A DNA stretch of 64,000 bases from assembly GCA_043228905.1 (NCBI GenBank), contig JBHGNT010000004.1, positions 2,480,001-2,544,000 of the forward strand. The letters run 5' to 3'. The notes under the pieces were generated by a model. That model was given only the letters and a program-made list of their open reading frames with translations, searched no databases and was not told the origin of the DNA. This DNA is from Azolla caroliniana (Eukaryota > Plantae > Polypodiophyta). Numbering within the stretch: the stretch's first letter is position 1; each line of letters starts with the position of its first letter. The position numbers and the translations under genes were made by a program. This document shows positions 1 through 11,348 of this stretch, piece by piece.

Positions 1-1587
1 GCATTGTAATATTCTAATTTTGTCCTTTCATCATCTTTCCACTTCTTCCTTAGTGGGTCCATTAATCTTTCCTCAATAACTACATATTTCGTAGCATCTC
101 TTGAAAGCTCTAGGAGATCTTCCACATCCCATATTTTGATGTCAACTATCCAACTAGATGAGAGAATTTTACTCTTATGATTCTTTTGTAGTTTACATCC
201 AACATTCCAAGCAAGACGTGGTAATCTATGATTTGACATATTCTTGACTTTTGTAATGTATCTATATACTCTTTGTAGCGTCAATATCTTTATAGGTCGA
301 ACACCTAATTTCAAGAGTATAACTTGATAGGGGGTGGTGGATTTTATTCCCAATTGTCTTGTTGCATTTATTTGTGGTAGGTACATCAATATCAAGATAC
401 TTAAAGCTTTGTACAAATTGTAAATGTTCTCCGTTGTATATGGGTTTTGGAGATGGTTAGCCATATTTTCTTTGGGGTTAAGGTCTAAACCTTGTTGGTT
501 ATTTTTGTTTCTCATTGGATCTTACCCTCAAGAGCCCACAACAAACACAATAAAAAACTTGTTAGTTTTTTAACATGTTGATAAGATGTGAGATTTGTGG
601 GCTACTAACGCTTCATTGAAATGGAATGGTTGAGGCAACAATACATGGTGATGCTTTGGGTTCTCATCAATTCTAATAAAACATAAAAATTCACACATAA
701 GACAATATTTAATAAATTGTTTGTTCAAGAAGAGTTGCCAAACAACAAGATTTTGGGAGAATGAAGGTTTACTGTAGATTGAAATTTATGTTAATATTGA
801 GCTATCATTGGTTATAAGTAGACCAATAATTCATTCGCAACAACCACACAACTAAAATGAAAATGAGTTACTAAGGGATGAGATTCTCAAGTATTTATGC
901 TTCGTTCATGTCAACACCCAAAGAAAAGCACATGCTTATGTGGTAGTTTTTCATCCGTTAGAACTTAATCCTACAAAAATAGGACTAAAGTTGGGTTATT
1001 ACTAGAAGAGTTGGAAAGTTCTAGCATATGATATTATAGTGGTGGGGGTGAATGGGGGACAAAGGTCTAGGAAAGCCTTTCATTTATGACATTGCCTATG
1101 AATGCAAACTTAGCTTATGTGGATGTTAGACGAAACAAGATTCATTAAAGAGACAAGGAAGTGTCCATTACCATAGACTTAAATTGTATGCAATGGCTAA
1201 GACATATCCAATAGTGATCAATCAAGGGCATTTGAACTATGAGATCTTAGGTTGCTATATGTTTACTTAGCAAACAATATGGATCTCCCTAGATTGCTTT
1301 CACATCATTTGAAGTTAGAGGAGAATATTGTTTCGGTTCAAAGATAAAAGATTGATAAGTTGTGCAATAAAAGGGGGGACTAATATTATAAAGAGTTCTA
1401 AAGTTTATTCCACATTTGGGCGTAATTATTAGCATAGACAAGTTCAATACATAAAGAAAATGAATATTTTGTTGTTATCCTGCAATGGTTTTCTTATATA
1501 TGTGTATAGGTTTGAATGTTGGATTGACTATAAATCATGCTATAAAAAAACTAATTTGGGGTGTCTCCTTATAAGACCGTTTGACAT

Positions 1588-2589
1588 CCTTGTCTTCTCT
1601 TGCTTACCTATCGGCCCCTTAAGCTTCTCCCTACTCTCAATGAGGCTGAGAATGTGCAGGCTAATGCCAATGTCTGGTCTCTTGTTTTGGGACGTAAAAA
1701 TGGATTGCAAGAAGAAGGAAACACAGCTACACCTCAGGTAGTTTTGAGGAATCGTTTTGCAGTGTTGCAAGAAGAGGGTGTCACACTACAAGATCAAAAG
1801 ACAACTAATGTGGAAGAGGTGGTAGCGTGCACACCCGATGTTTTACTAAACAATACACACCTTAGCCAAGAAAATGTCATGAGCTCACCCTCCTCCATTG
1901 GTAAAAGTGGAAGTATTGGATTGAGAGCAATGAAAGAATGGTTACGTAAGGGGAGAGGTCAAGAAAGCTCTTCCACCACTTCCGAATTTCAGAAGCCACA
2001 AGTGTCACGTCATGAAAGTAGTGAAGCACCGGTCAGAGTTCCCGTCAAATTTGTTAGGGCCAAAAGTTCAGAAAGGGGCACTCTAGGCATGGGGTGTAAG
2101 TTTAGCCAGCAGGCTCTCACGAGATTAACTGATTTTTGTCATGAGGAGGCCTTAGGGCTGAGGGTTTATGTCATTATTGCCGAACGTAACAAGTTGCTGA
2201 AATTAGGCTTCTCATTTGATTTGTTGGACCTGGAGGTTTCGGCTAGTAACATGGCACGTATCTCTAGCTCCATAGAAGTCAAGGCACACAAATACTTCAA
2301 CAGCCTGCTAGTCACCTTGAGTGGGGATAAGTGGATGTCAATGTGGATGACCGCTGGAATGTCATGTGGGAGTTTCGATGATGCCTGCATTAAAAAGCAG
2401 CTATTATTTTGCCTAGAGGAGAAGGTAGACTCCCTCTATGAGGTGCTACACTTCCATGAGGAGGAACTGGAAGAAGATATAAGGCAGGATGTGGTGTTAG
2501 GATGGGAGAAGATCAATGCGGGAGGTTGGGCATGGATTCATGGGGAGGGACTTTGTCCTTCTTGGGAGACCTCTCAATTATGTTCATGA
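1588..2589 (+). CDS. LINE ORF1, C-terminal part (5' truncated)
   Basis: Frame open from the element's 5' edge; NRFAVLQEE motif typical of plant L1 ORF1; TGA (2587-2589) overlaps the ORF2 ATG (ATGA). Confidence 0.7.
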   Translation, partial: PCLLLLTYRPLKLLPTLNEAENVQANANVWSLVLGRKNGLQEEGNTATPQVVLRNRFAVLQEEGVTLQDQKTTNVEEVVACTPDVLLNNTHLSQENVMSSPSSIGKSGSIGLRAMKEWLRKGRGQESSSTTSEFQKPQVSRHESSEAPVRVPVKFVRAKSSERGTLGMGCKFSQQALTRLTDFCHEEALGLRVYVIIAERNKLLKLGFSFDLLDLEVSASNMARISSSIEVKAHKYFNSLLVTLSGDKWMSMWMTAGMSCGSFDDACIKKQLLFCLEEKVDSLYEVLHFHEEELEEDIRQDVVLGWEKINAGGWAWIHGEGLCPSWETSQLCS

Positions 2590-3895
2590 AGTTAATCACG
2601 TGGAACATACAAGGTCTTGGTGGAAGCAAGTGCATGAGGGAAAGGAAGAACTTTTGTCAAGAGTTCAAATCCCCGTGCTTTAAGGGGATCCCGGACATTT
2701 TGCTCTTGCAAGAGCATCATTTGTGTGCGGACAGAATCTTGAGTATTGGCAATCCTCTTGAGGGGGATTGGCATACATTTTGGTCTCCAGCTCAGGGTGA
2801 GCATGGTAGAAAAGGAGGTGTTTGTACATCTATTAGGCACAATCCGGATATTGTGGTCATGGGTCAGGACACCATAGTGGAGGGACAAGCCATTTGTGTG
2901 TCGGTAAGATGGCATCAGTGTATAGTTGGGATAGTAAACGTGTATGCCCCCAATTCGTCCGCTTTGCGGGCTGTTTTTTGGAGGCAATTGGCTGATGACT
3001 TGCCATTTGCAGATGCGTGGATCCTTGCAGGGGATTTTAACATGACTTTGCACACAGAGGACAAGGTGGGTGGCACTCATACAGTGGTCCAAGGGTCAGA
3101 GCTAGTTGCTTGGGATCTGTTGATGGGACGATTAGGAGTGAAAGATGCATGGTATGTTCTAGAAAAGCCTCGGAGTTCACTAAGCTTTTCAAGAGCAGGT
3201 TGTAGTATAAATGGCTTTTGCATGTCTCGCATAGACAGAATTTACATAAGCTCAGAACTTGAAAAATATGGTAATAATGTTGAAATAATCGCTGGTTCAG
3301 CTTACTCTGATCATATGCCGGTTCAGATTACATTAGTCAATCAGAGGTGGCCAAATAGAGACCGCAACATGAGGATCAATAGTAAGCTTTTTGAGGATGC
3401 GGAAGTGGGAAGTAAGATAAGGTGCATATGGGCAACTAAGCCAGCTGGTTGTGGTGCACTTGAGTCACTTAGTAGAAAGATTATCGAAACTTCACTATAT
3501 TTGCACGTAGAGACTAAAAATAGATTTGCAAAGTCTAAAGAAAGAGAAGTGGGATTAAGAAGATCAATAGCAGCTGCCCAAAGAATGCTTCAGAAAGATC
3601 CCACGTGTCAATGGTCTAGAGCCGGTCTTGAGGCTGCTAGAGTAACGTTACAACGATTGATTACGTCTAGAAACACGATGTTATTCAGGAGTTCCGCGAC
3701 ATGGTGGAGCAAGAATGGGGATAAGGTAAATCATCAATTTTTTAAGTATAAAAAGCCGAGATCAAACTGTAGTTGTAATCCTAAGCTGATTAAGGAGGAT
3801 GGATCAGCATCGGAGGATGTGTCAGAGATCATGGAGGCACTCACAACTCACTATCGTGGGTTACTCTCATTCAGTTCTAGTATCCCCGAACAGCC
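2586..3895 (+). CDS. LINE ORF2 segment 1: apurinic-like (APE) endonuclease
   Basis: MKLITWNIQG, LLLQEH, NVYAPN, GDFN, SRIDRIY, SDH motifs; cut by the copia at TSD CAGCC. Confidence 0.92.
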
Positions 3896-4487
3896 TGATG
3901 GTAATAACGACACTTTCCAAACTTCACCTCTCGGCCACAACCAAGGAAAACACACGAATCGTTGTTGCAGAAAATGGGAAATGCAGTGGACACACGATTT
4001 AACGTGGAAAACCCTGTACGGGAAAAACCACGGGAGTACAAGACTCCGAACCAAAACTATGCACAGAGAAGTATACAATGGCGAGCTGCAAGGCGACGAC
4101 CTTGAGCTCGCTGTCCTCGCCACAGGCGGCGGAAATACACAGAGGCGTCGACCTCTTCCTCTCTCACGCTCTATCTCTCTCATGGCTGCTCTCACTTCAC
4201 TCCTCTTGAGTGGAAAAACAGAAAAATGAGTAGCAACATAAAAACTGTTTGCCCTAAGTCATATTTATACACATATGACTTTAGGGCTATTTACAACTAT
4301 AGCCTCAAGGGCCCTTGGCAAACATATTCACAGATATGTCCCCGCATCCGGATCTCTCTCCGGGTACATTCGTCGTCCGGCTCCAAAGTCGGGGTCTTCA
4401 TCATCCGGTTCCGAAACCGCAACCGGGCTTGTCGTCATTCATCTCCGACATCCGACCATCCCATCCGAAGGGACCGTAATCCCAACA
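3896..4487 (-). repeat. 3' LTR of copia element
   Basis: TGATGG...CCCAACA; matches 8602-9193 with two substitutions seen; adjacent to the PPT (AAGGGGGAGTT on minus, 4488-4498). Confidence 0.96.
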
Positions 4488-4497
4488 AACTCCCCCT

Positions 4498-7400
4498 TCA
4501 CTTCGGCATGGGATGTCTCTCCAATCCGATCCTCTTCCGGCATGCTTCCAGCTTGTCGGGTGTGAGCACCTTGGTCAGCATATCCGACCCGTTCTCGTCC
4601 GTGTGGACCTTCGTCAGCACGAACTCCTTGTCTTCTATCCTTTCCCGGATCCAGTGATATCTTCGCTGGATGTGCTTCGTCTGGGAGTGATAGGCCGCGT
4701 TCTTCGCAAGGTGGATTGCACTCTGACTGTCGCAGTAGAGTCGGTACTCCTCCTGCCGGATACCGAGCTCTCTAATGAAGTCCTTCATCCATATTATTTC
4801 CTTGCCGGCTTCAACAGCCGCCATGTACTCCACCTCCGTGGTTGACAACGCAACCGTCTTCTGCAGCCTCGACTGCCATGAAACAGCTCCCCCTGCATAT
4901 GTCATCACATACCCTGATGTGGACCGGCTGGTATCTGCATCAGCCGACATATCCGAATCGGTGAAGCCGTCGAGTTCGGGCTTACCGGAGCCGAATCGGA
5001 GGCACACGTTTGCCGTGCCCTTCAGGTATCGGAGTATCCACTTGGCCGCGTTCCAATGCTCTTTGCCGGGATTGCTCATGTACCGGCTCACCACTCCGAC
5101 TGCATATCCGATGTCCGGTCGGGTACACACCATTGCGTACATCAAGCTCCCGACGGCAGAGGCATATGGTACTTTCATCATGTCCTCCTTCTCAGCCTTT
5201 GTCTTGGGGCTCTGCTTGCTGGACAGCTTGCAGTTTGTCGGGAGTGTTGACCCGACCGGTCTTGCTTCCGACATGTTGAACCGGTGAAGCACCTTTGTCA
5301 CGTACTTCTCCTGTGACAGCCACAACTGCTTCTTCTTCCGGTCCCGGATGATGTGCATCCCTAGTATTTGCCTCGCCGGACCCAGGTCCTTCATTGAGAA
5401 GGTTCGGTGAAGAGCCTTCTTCAGCATCCGTATCTTGACCTGGTCTCGTCCGACGATCAACATGTCGTCCACGTACAGGAGGAGTATTAGAAAGTCTCCT
5501 CCTTCGAACTTCTTCACAAACACGCAGTGGTCGGACTGCGTTTTGAGGTACCCTTCGTCGGTCATGAAAGAGTCGAACTTCCGGTACCATTGCCGGGGAG
5601 CCTGCTTCAGTCCGTAAAGGCTCTTCTTCAACCGGCATACCAGGTGCTCCTTCCCTTTCTTCTCGAATCCTTCCGGTTGCTGCATGTAGATCTCTTCTTC
5701 GAGGTCGTCGTGAAGGAATGCCGTCTTCACGTCCATCTGTTCTACCTCGAGGTCCATGCTTGCCGCTATGCTCAGCACCGTCCGGATGGAGGTCATCTTC
5801 ACTACCGGGGCAAATATCTCGTCGAAGTCGACGCCCTTCTTCTGCTGAAACCCCTTCACCACGATCCTGGCTTTGTATCTCGGGGGGTTTCCGGCATCTC
5901 CCGGTTTCAGCTTGAACACCCACTTGTTTCGAAGTGCCCGCTTTCCTTTCGGCAACTCCACAAGTTCATATGTGTGGTTCTCATGCAGGGAATCCATCTC
6001 GTCCTGCATGGCACTCAACCACCTGCGGCTTTGGGTGTCATGCTTTGCTTCTTCAAAGCTCTCCGGCTCCCCTTCGTCGGTTAGCAGCACGTGCTCTGGT
6101 TCCGGAAATCTCCGGGGGGCCCTTATCTCTCTTAGAGGATATCTCCGTTCCGGAGCTTCGGTAGCCGGTTCTTCCGATTCTTCTTCATCCGAATCCATTT
6201 CGGGATCGGGGCCGGTTCTGGTATCATTTTCATCTTCTTCGGCCGATTCTGTTTCTTCACCGTCTTCGGTCGGATCTTCGAGTGTTAACCGGTCCCTTGC
6301 CGGTCGGGACTGCTCCTCGTAGAGTTTATCCTCACCGGTCGACTTGGAGCTCTTCATCTTCTTCTCCGACTCCCAGTCGGCGAGTGTCTTGTTCTCCATG
6401 AAGATGATATCACGACTCCGGAATATCTTCTTGTCGACCGGGTCCCATACTCGGTAGCCGAACTCGTCATCGCCGTAACCGAGGAATATGCATGGCCGGG
6501 TCTTTGGATCTAGCTTTCCTCTCCGGTCCTTAGCCACATGCACATATGTGAGACACCCGAACACCTTCAGATGCCGGTAGGATACTTCCCTACCGGTCCA
6601 CACTCTCTGCGGCGTGTCTCCGTCCAAAGGTACTGAGGGTGATCTGTTTATCACGTATGTCGCCGTCGACATCGCCTCAGCCCAAAACCCCTTGGGTAAT
6701 TCCGCATGCGCCAGCATACTCCGGACCCTCTCCATTATGGTCCGGTTCATCCTCTCGGCCAGCCCGTTCAGTTCCGGCGTCTTCGGCACAGTAAACTCGA
6801 GCCGGATTCCCTTCGTGCGACAGTACTCCGCGAACTGCCCCCGGTATTCCCCTCCGTTATCCGCTCGTATCGCTTTCAGCTTCTTGCCGGATTCCCTTTC
6901 CACTCTCGCGTGGAGTTCTTTGAAAACGCACAACACTTGGTCCTTTGTCTTCAGCGGTGCCGTCCACAGTTTTCGGCTATGATCATCTATGAATGTTACG
7001 AAGTACTGGGCTCCGCCATGTGACTTCGTTTCTACCTGACACACATAAGTGTGCACCAACTCCAATGGTGCGCTACGTCTCGTCGGTGGCCTTGAGTGGA
7101 AGGAGGTTCGGTTCTGCTTACCGGCCAGGCAATCGGTGCACTTCTCCAGGTGCACATGCTTCACTGGAATAAGGTTGTCTTCTGCAAGCCTCTTCATCCC
7201 CTTCTCACTCATGTGGCACAGTCTCTTGTGCCACAGCTCACCGGAAGTGTCGGCTGCCACGTTCAACTCTTCCGGACACAACCAGGCATTCATAAGGTAC
7301 AGTGTGTTGACTTTCCGGGCCCGAGCCACTATCAGGCTCCCCTTGCTGAACTTCATTACGCCGTTCCGGATGCTACCTGTGTAGCCTTCATCGTCTAGCC

Positions 7401-7893
7401 TCCCGGCCGAAATCAGGTTCAATCGAACCTCCGGAACGTGTCGGACATCCTTCAGCAGCATTTTGCATCCGGTCGAGGTTGTCAACCACACGTCTCCTAT
7501 GCCGGCAATCCGGCACATACCTTCATTTCCCATCCGAACACAGCCATGCTCACCGGCTGTGTAGGATGAGAAGTATCTTCTCTCCGGGGTCAGGTGGAAC
7601 GATGCTCCGGAATCGACCACCCAGGTCGTCTCATCGCCGGCAATGTTTAGTTCACCTTCTTCGGTGATGAGCATGATTTCTTCCTCACTTGCCGCGAGTG
7701 CCGTCGTTCCTTTCCGGTCCTGCCCTCGCCGATCCGGACCTCTCCGGTCCGTGGCTCCCCGATATGCACCGTTTCTCTCCGGTGACTTCTTCGAATCGGT
7801 GTTGTCGGCTCCGTTGTCCTTTCGGTAATGCCGACAATTCTTCCGGAAGTGCCCCGGCTTCCCACAGTGGAAGCATGTGGGTCTTCCTCTTGA
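4498..7893 (-). CDS. Copia polyprotein downstream of the in-frame TAG: CCHC knuckle, protease, integrase, RT, RNase H
   Basis: CFHCGKPGHFRKNC, WVVDSGAS, WHKRLCH, DNGGEY, LYVDDML, DSDMSAD, TKHI motifs in one frame. Confidence 0.93.
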   Translation of the reverse strand, partial: SRGRPTCFHCGKPGHFRKNCRHYRKDNGADNTDSKKSPERNGAYRGATDRRGPDRRGQDRKGTTALAASEEEIMLITEEGELNIAGDETTWVVDSGASFHLTPERRYFSSYTAGEHGCVRMGNEGMCRIAGIGDVWLTTSTGCKMLLKDVRHVPEVRLNLISAGRLDDEGYTGSIRNGVMKFSKGSLIVARARKVNTLYLMNAWLCPEELNVAADTSGELWHKRLCHMSEKGMKRLAEDNLIPVKHVHLEKCTDCLAGKQNRTSFHSRPPTRRSAPLELVHTYVCQVETKSHGGAQYFVTFIDDHSRKLWTAPLKTKDQVLCVFKELHARVERESGKKLKAIRADNGGEYRGQFAEYCRTKGIRLEFTVPKTPELNGLAERMNRTIMERVRSMLAHAELPKGFWAEAMSTATYVINRSPSVPLDGDTPQRVWTGREVSYRHLKVFGCLTYVHVAKDRRGKLDPKTRPCIFLGYGDDEFGYRVWDPVDKKIFRSRDIIFMENKTLADWESEKKMKSSKSTGEDKLYEEQSRPARDRLTLEDPTEDGEETESAEEDENDTRTGPDPEMDSDEEESEEPATEAPERRYPLREIRAPRRFPEPEHVLLTDEGEPESFEEAKHDTQSRRWLSAMQDEMDSLHENHTYELVELPKGKRALRNKWVFKLKPGDAGNPPRYKARIVVKGFQQKKGVDFDEIFAPVVKMTSIRTVLSIAASMDLEVEQMDVKTAFLHDDLEEEIYMQQPEGFEKKGKEHLVCRLKKSLYGLKQAPRQWYRKFDSFMTDEGYLKTQSDHCVFVKKFEGGDFLILLLYVDDMLIVGRDQVKIRMLKKALHRTFSMKDLGPARQILGMHIIRDRKKKQLWLSQEKYVTKVLHRFNMSEARPVGSTLPTNCKLSSKQSPKTKAEKEDMMKVPYASAVGSLMYAMVCTRPDIGYAVGVVSRYMSNPGKEHWNAAKWILRYLKGTANVCLRFGSGKPELDGFTDSDMSADADTSRSTSGYVMTYAGGAVSWQSRLQKTVALSTTEVEYMAAVEAGKEIIWMKDFIRELGIRQEEYRLYCDSQSAIHLAKNAAYHSQTKHIQRRYHWIRERIEDKEFVLTKVHTDENGSDMLTKVLTPDKLEACRKRIGLERHPMPK

Positions 7894-8571
7894 CTACGAC
7901 CGGGTCCCCGACTTCTCCCGTCTTTGCGGACTCCGGTTCCATTGTCTTCCTCGTTCCGATTCGGTAAGCAGCGCCTTCGAGTCGGAGGCCGGTTCTTTAT
8001 CTCTCCGACGCGCTTCTTCGTTCAAAATACTTGTCTTTACCGTTTGTAGGGACAAGTTATCTTCCGTGCAGGAGGTGCTGAGAGTCACCACCAAGTTCTC
8101 CCAGCTTTCCGGCAACGTACACATCAGAATGATGGTTTGCATTGCATCCTCCAGCGGGAACTTGATCGCCGCAAGCTGGTTCACGAATCCCATGAACGTG
8201 CTTACGTGTTCCACCATACTCTCGCCGTCCCGGTACTTGAGGTTCACTATCTTCCTCATTAGGGAGGTCCGGTTCAACGCATTCTTCCTCTCGTAGAGGC
8301 CCGACAGCTTCCGCCACATCTCATATGCGTTGATGTCGTTCGCCACATGTTGTAGAACGCTCACATCGACGTATTGCCGAATGGTTGCAACGGCTTTCCG
8401 GTTCAGAAGCCTCCATTCCGACTCAAGTACCCCCTTCGGTATTTCCGACCTGTCAATCGGTTCGTACAGGTCCCGAACAATCAGAAGATCCTCCATCTTG
8501 ATCTTCCAGTCGGCGTAATTCTGCGCATTCAGCACCATCATCCCCGGCTGCCCGCTGCCGCCGCCTTCCAT
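7894..8571 (-). CDS. Copia gag (capsid region), ends at an in-frame TAG before the zinc knuckle
   Basis: ATG at 8571, 15 nt after the PBS; NYADWKIKMEDLL and LPESW motifs; same frame as pol. Confidence 0.88.
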   Translation of the reverse strand: MEGGGSGQPGMMVLNAQNYADWKIKMEDLLIVRDLYEPIDRSEIPKGVLESEWRLLNRKAVATIRQYVDVSVLQHVANDINAYEMWRKLSGLYERKNALNRTSLMRKIVNLKYRDGESMVEHVSTFMGFVNQLAAIKFPLEDAMQTIILMCTLPESWENLVVTLSTSCTEDNLSLQTVKTSILNEEARRRDKEPASDSKALLTESERGRQWNRSPQRREKSGTRS

Positions 8572-8586
8572 TTTCTGCAGCAGCCC

Positions 8587-8598
8587 GCTCTGATACCA
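8587..8598 (-). other. Primer-binding site (tRNA-iMet) of the copia
   Basis: TGGTATCAGAGC on minus strand, 3 nt inside the 5' LTR. Confidence 0.95.
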
Positions 8599-8601
8599 AA
8601 T

Positions 8602-9193
8602 TGATGGTAATAACGACACTTTCCAAACTTCACCTCTCGGCCACAACCAAGGAAAACACACGAATCGTTGTTGCAGAAAATGGGAAATGCAGTGGACACA
8701 CGATTTAACGTGGAAAACCCTGTACGGGAAAAACCACGGGAGTACAAGACTCCGAACCAAAACTATGCACAGAGAAGTATACAATGGCGAGCTGCAAGGC
8801 GACGACCTTGAGCTCGCTGTCCTCGCCACAGGCGGCGGAAATACACAGAGGCGTCGACCTCTTCCTCTCTCACGCTCTATCTCTCTCACGGCTGCTCTCA
8901 CTTCACTCCTCTTGAGTGGAAAAACAGAAAAATGAGTAGCAACATAAAAACTGTTTGCCCTAAGTCATATTTATACACATATGACTTTAGGGCTATTTAC
9001 AACTATAGCCTCAAGGGCCCTTGGCAAACATATTCACAGATATGTCCCCGCATCCGGATCTCTCTCCGGGTACATTCGTCGTCCGGCTCCAAAGTCGGGG
9101 TCTTCATCATCCGGTTCCGAAACCGCAACCGGGCTTGTCGTCATTCATCTCCGACATCCGACCATCCCATCTGAAGGGACCGTAATCCCAACA
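8602..9193 (-). repeat. 5' LTR of copia element
   Basis: 592-bp copy of 3896-4487; TATA-like GTATAAATAT on minus strand. Confidence 0.96.
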
Positions 9194-9198
9194 CAGCC

Positions 9199-10875
9199 TA
9201 ATCTAACAGAATTTGTATTGGAGGGTATGCAACAAAGAATTTCAGAGGTTGCACAAGTTCATTTGTCAAGGCCAATCTTGGAAGAGGAGGTGTCAGATGC
9301 TTTGGCGGGTATAAGTAGAACGTCTTGTCCAGGCATCGACGGATTATCAAGAGATTTTTTTGAAAACTTTTGGGAAGTGATTAAGGTTGACTTGGTTGAT
9401 GGTCTTAATGAGGCATGGGCTCTTGGCCGTTTACCTGAGCATTTTAAAGAGGGGCTGATATTTCTAATTCCAAAGGTACAAGGCCTAATAGCTGATGCAA
9501 GGCAATGGAGACCGATTACATTGCTCAACACAATTTATAAGATTTTTGCCAATATACTGGCCAAGCGGGTCAAACCCCACTTGAATGCACTAATTAATGT
9601 TGGACAAACAGGATTCATGGTAAACAGATGCATAATTGATAATGTGTTGACCTTTTGGGAGGCGATTGCCTTGGCAAAGAAAACCAATCAACATATTGCA
9701 TGTCTCATGCTTGACTTCGAGAAGGCGTATGATAGAGTACAATGGCCTTTCTTAGATAAAGTGATGGAGAGGTTGGGACTACCCTCCAAATGGAGATCGG
9801 CTGCGTTAGCCCTTTACGAAGGAAGTTTGAGTAGGGTGATGGTGTCAGGGCATCAGGGCCCACGAATTCCACTATGCAAGTCTGTCAGGCAAGGGTGCCC
9901 GTTGACCCCCTACCTTTATTTATTTATTGCAGTGGCATTCTCTTTCTTTTTAAACAAACCAGATGCAGGAATAAGGGGGTTAGTTGTCCCACAAGCGGGC
10001 AAGGAGTTGTTGGACTCATCATACGCAGATGACACTATGCTCTATCTACAAGGCAATGATGATAATTTACAGCTTGCTAAAAGTCGAATTGAGTTGTTTT
10101 GTAGAGCATCAGGAGGGAAAATCAATTGGAACAAAAGCAAGGGATTTTGGGTAAGTTCAAACCCATGGCCTCTTTGGTGCCCTAATGCTGATTTTCAATG
10201 GGTCCCCAATGGAATGGCTGTTAAATATTTGGGTTTTTTGGTGGGCGTTGAGACACCCAAAAATCAGCAACTTGAGCAAGTGAAAGACAAAATCAGAAAA
10301 AAGCTTCGGGTGTGGGCATCAGTAAAGCTCTCTCTTGCAGGTAGGGTGGTCGTGGTAAACCACATTTTGTTAGCCACCATGTGGCACTCGGTGGCATGTT
10401 GGGTGTTAGACAAAACTTGCATCAAAAATATTAAGGCAATGGTGAGAGGGTTCCTATGGTCGGGTAGAGACCATGAGAGGGCATTAGCTAAAGTGGCGTG
10501 GAGTTGTTTGATCAAGGCGAAAAACCAAGGTGGACTTGGGTTGGTGGATCCAGTTCACCAAAGTAAAGCTTTACTAGGTAAGCTACTTGTGCGAAGTTTA
10601 CAACCTGGTCCTAAACTGTGGAAGTTGCTTCTTAGGGATAGAGCTGACCTTTGGTGTCCAAGGAATGGCGGCCCTTGGAAGGCAAAGTTGTGGTGGTTGT
10701 TCAGTCCAGATTTAAAGCTGAAACAACCAAATAGCATGGAGGACAGGGTGGCCCGTGCCATAATGATGGCTTGGTCAAGTGTAAGAGATGGGTTGGTCTT
10801 ATTGCAACCGAAAACATTGGAGGAACAACTCCGACAACCGTTATTTTGGAACCCTAGGATTAGAAACGAGGACGG
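9199..10875 (+). CDS. LINE ORF2 segment 2: reverse transcriptase
   Basis: PGIDG, WRPITLLN, LDFEKAYDRV, VRQGCPL, YADD, KYLG, GGLG motifs; in frame with segments 1 and 3 after removing the inserts and one TSD each. Confidence 0.93.
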
Positions 10876-11296
10876 TGTTATTCTCTTAGCCGGACAAGGC
10901 CTAACACAAGGTGTCACGGAGACACTTCACCAAAGGGTGATTACGGCATAGGATTAAGATTCAACGATTACACCGACTTACGTAGGTTACACGATTAGAT
11001 TGCTTTGGTTAATTACACGCGTAAGATATAACAGTGATTACAGAACGGAAATCAAGACAGAAGTATAAACATCAGAATCTCTATTAATTATCCGCTTCTC
11101 ATTACAATGGGGTCCGGGCCTTTAAATAGGTTTCCGGCCCGTAGTACAAAACGGTGCTTCTCGCACCTATTCGGGATCCGTCCGGATCTGGAACGGCATA
11201 CCGTTTCCAGTCCGTCCGTCCACACTATGCTCATTTACAACCATATCTAATTAATTCCTTCACTCCGTATTTTGGACTCCTTGCCGGCCGGTAACA
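10876..11296 (-). repeat. 3' LTR of gypsy element
   Basis: Identical by eye to 20342-20762. Confidence 0.96.
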
Positions 11297-11348
11297 CATG
11301 GCACGCCCGTGGGACAGTACCTTGTACGTCGAACCCTTCTCGGCCCCT

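Larger units (their letters stand above)
3896..9193 (-). mobile_element. Ty1/copia LTR retrotransposon (Tork/Tnt1-like), full length 5298 bp, nested in LINE ORF2
   Basis: 592-bp TG...CA LTRs; 5-bp TSD CAGCC (3891-3895, 9194-9198); tRNA-iMet PBS; PPT; gag-PR-INT-RT-RNaseH order. Confidence 0.97.

Noticed and set aside
1-560. Possible decayed chromovirus integrase/chromodomain remnant on the minus strand
   Set aside because: Only faint motif echoes (KIHHP.., IKIWDVED..DAT); too degraded to support without BLASTX.
2502-4229. ORF-track proteins 2502..4229, 8981..10951 and 7894..8901 as real full proteins
   Set aside because: Chimeras that read across LINE/LTR or LTR/gag junctions.
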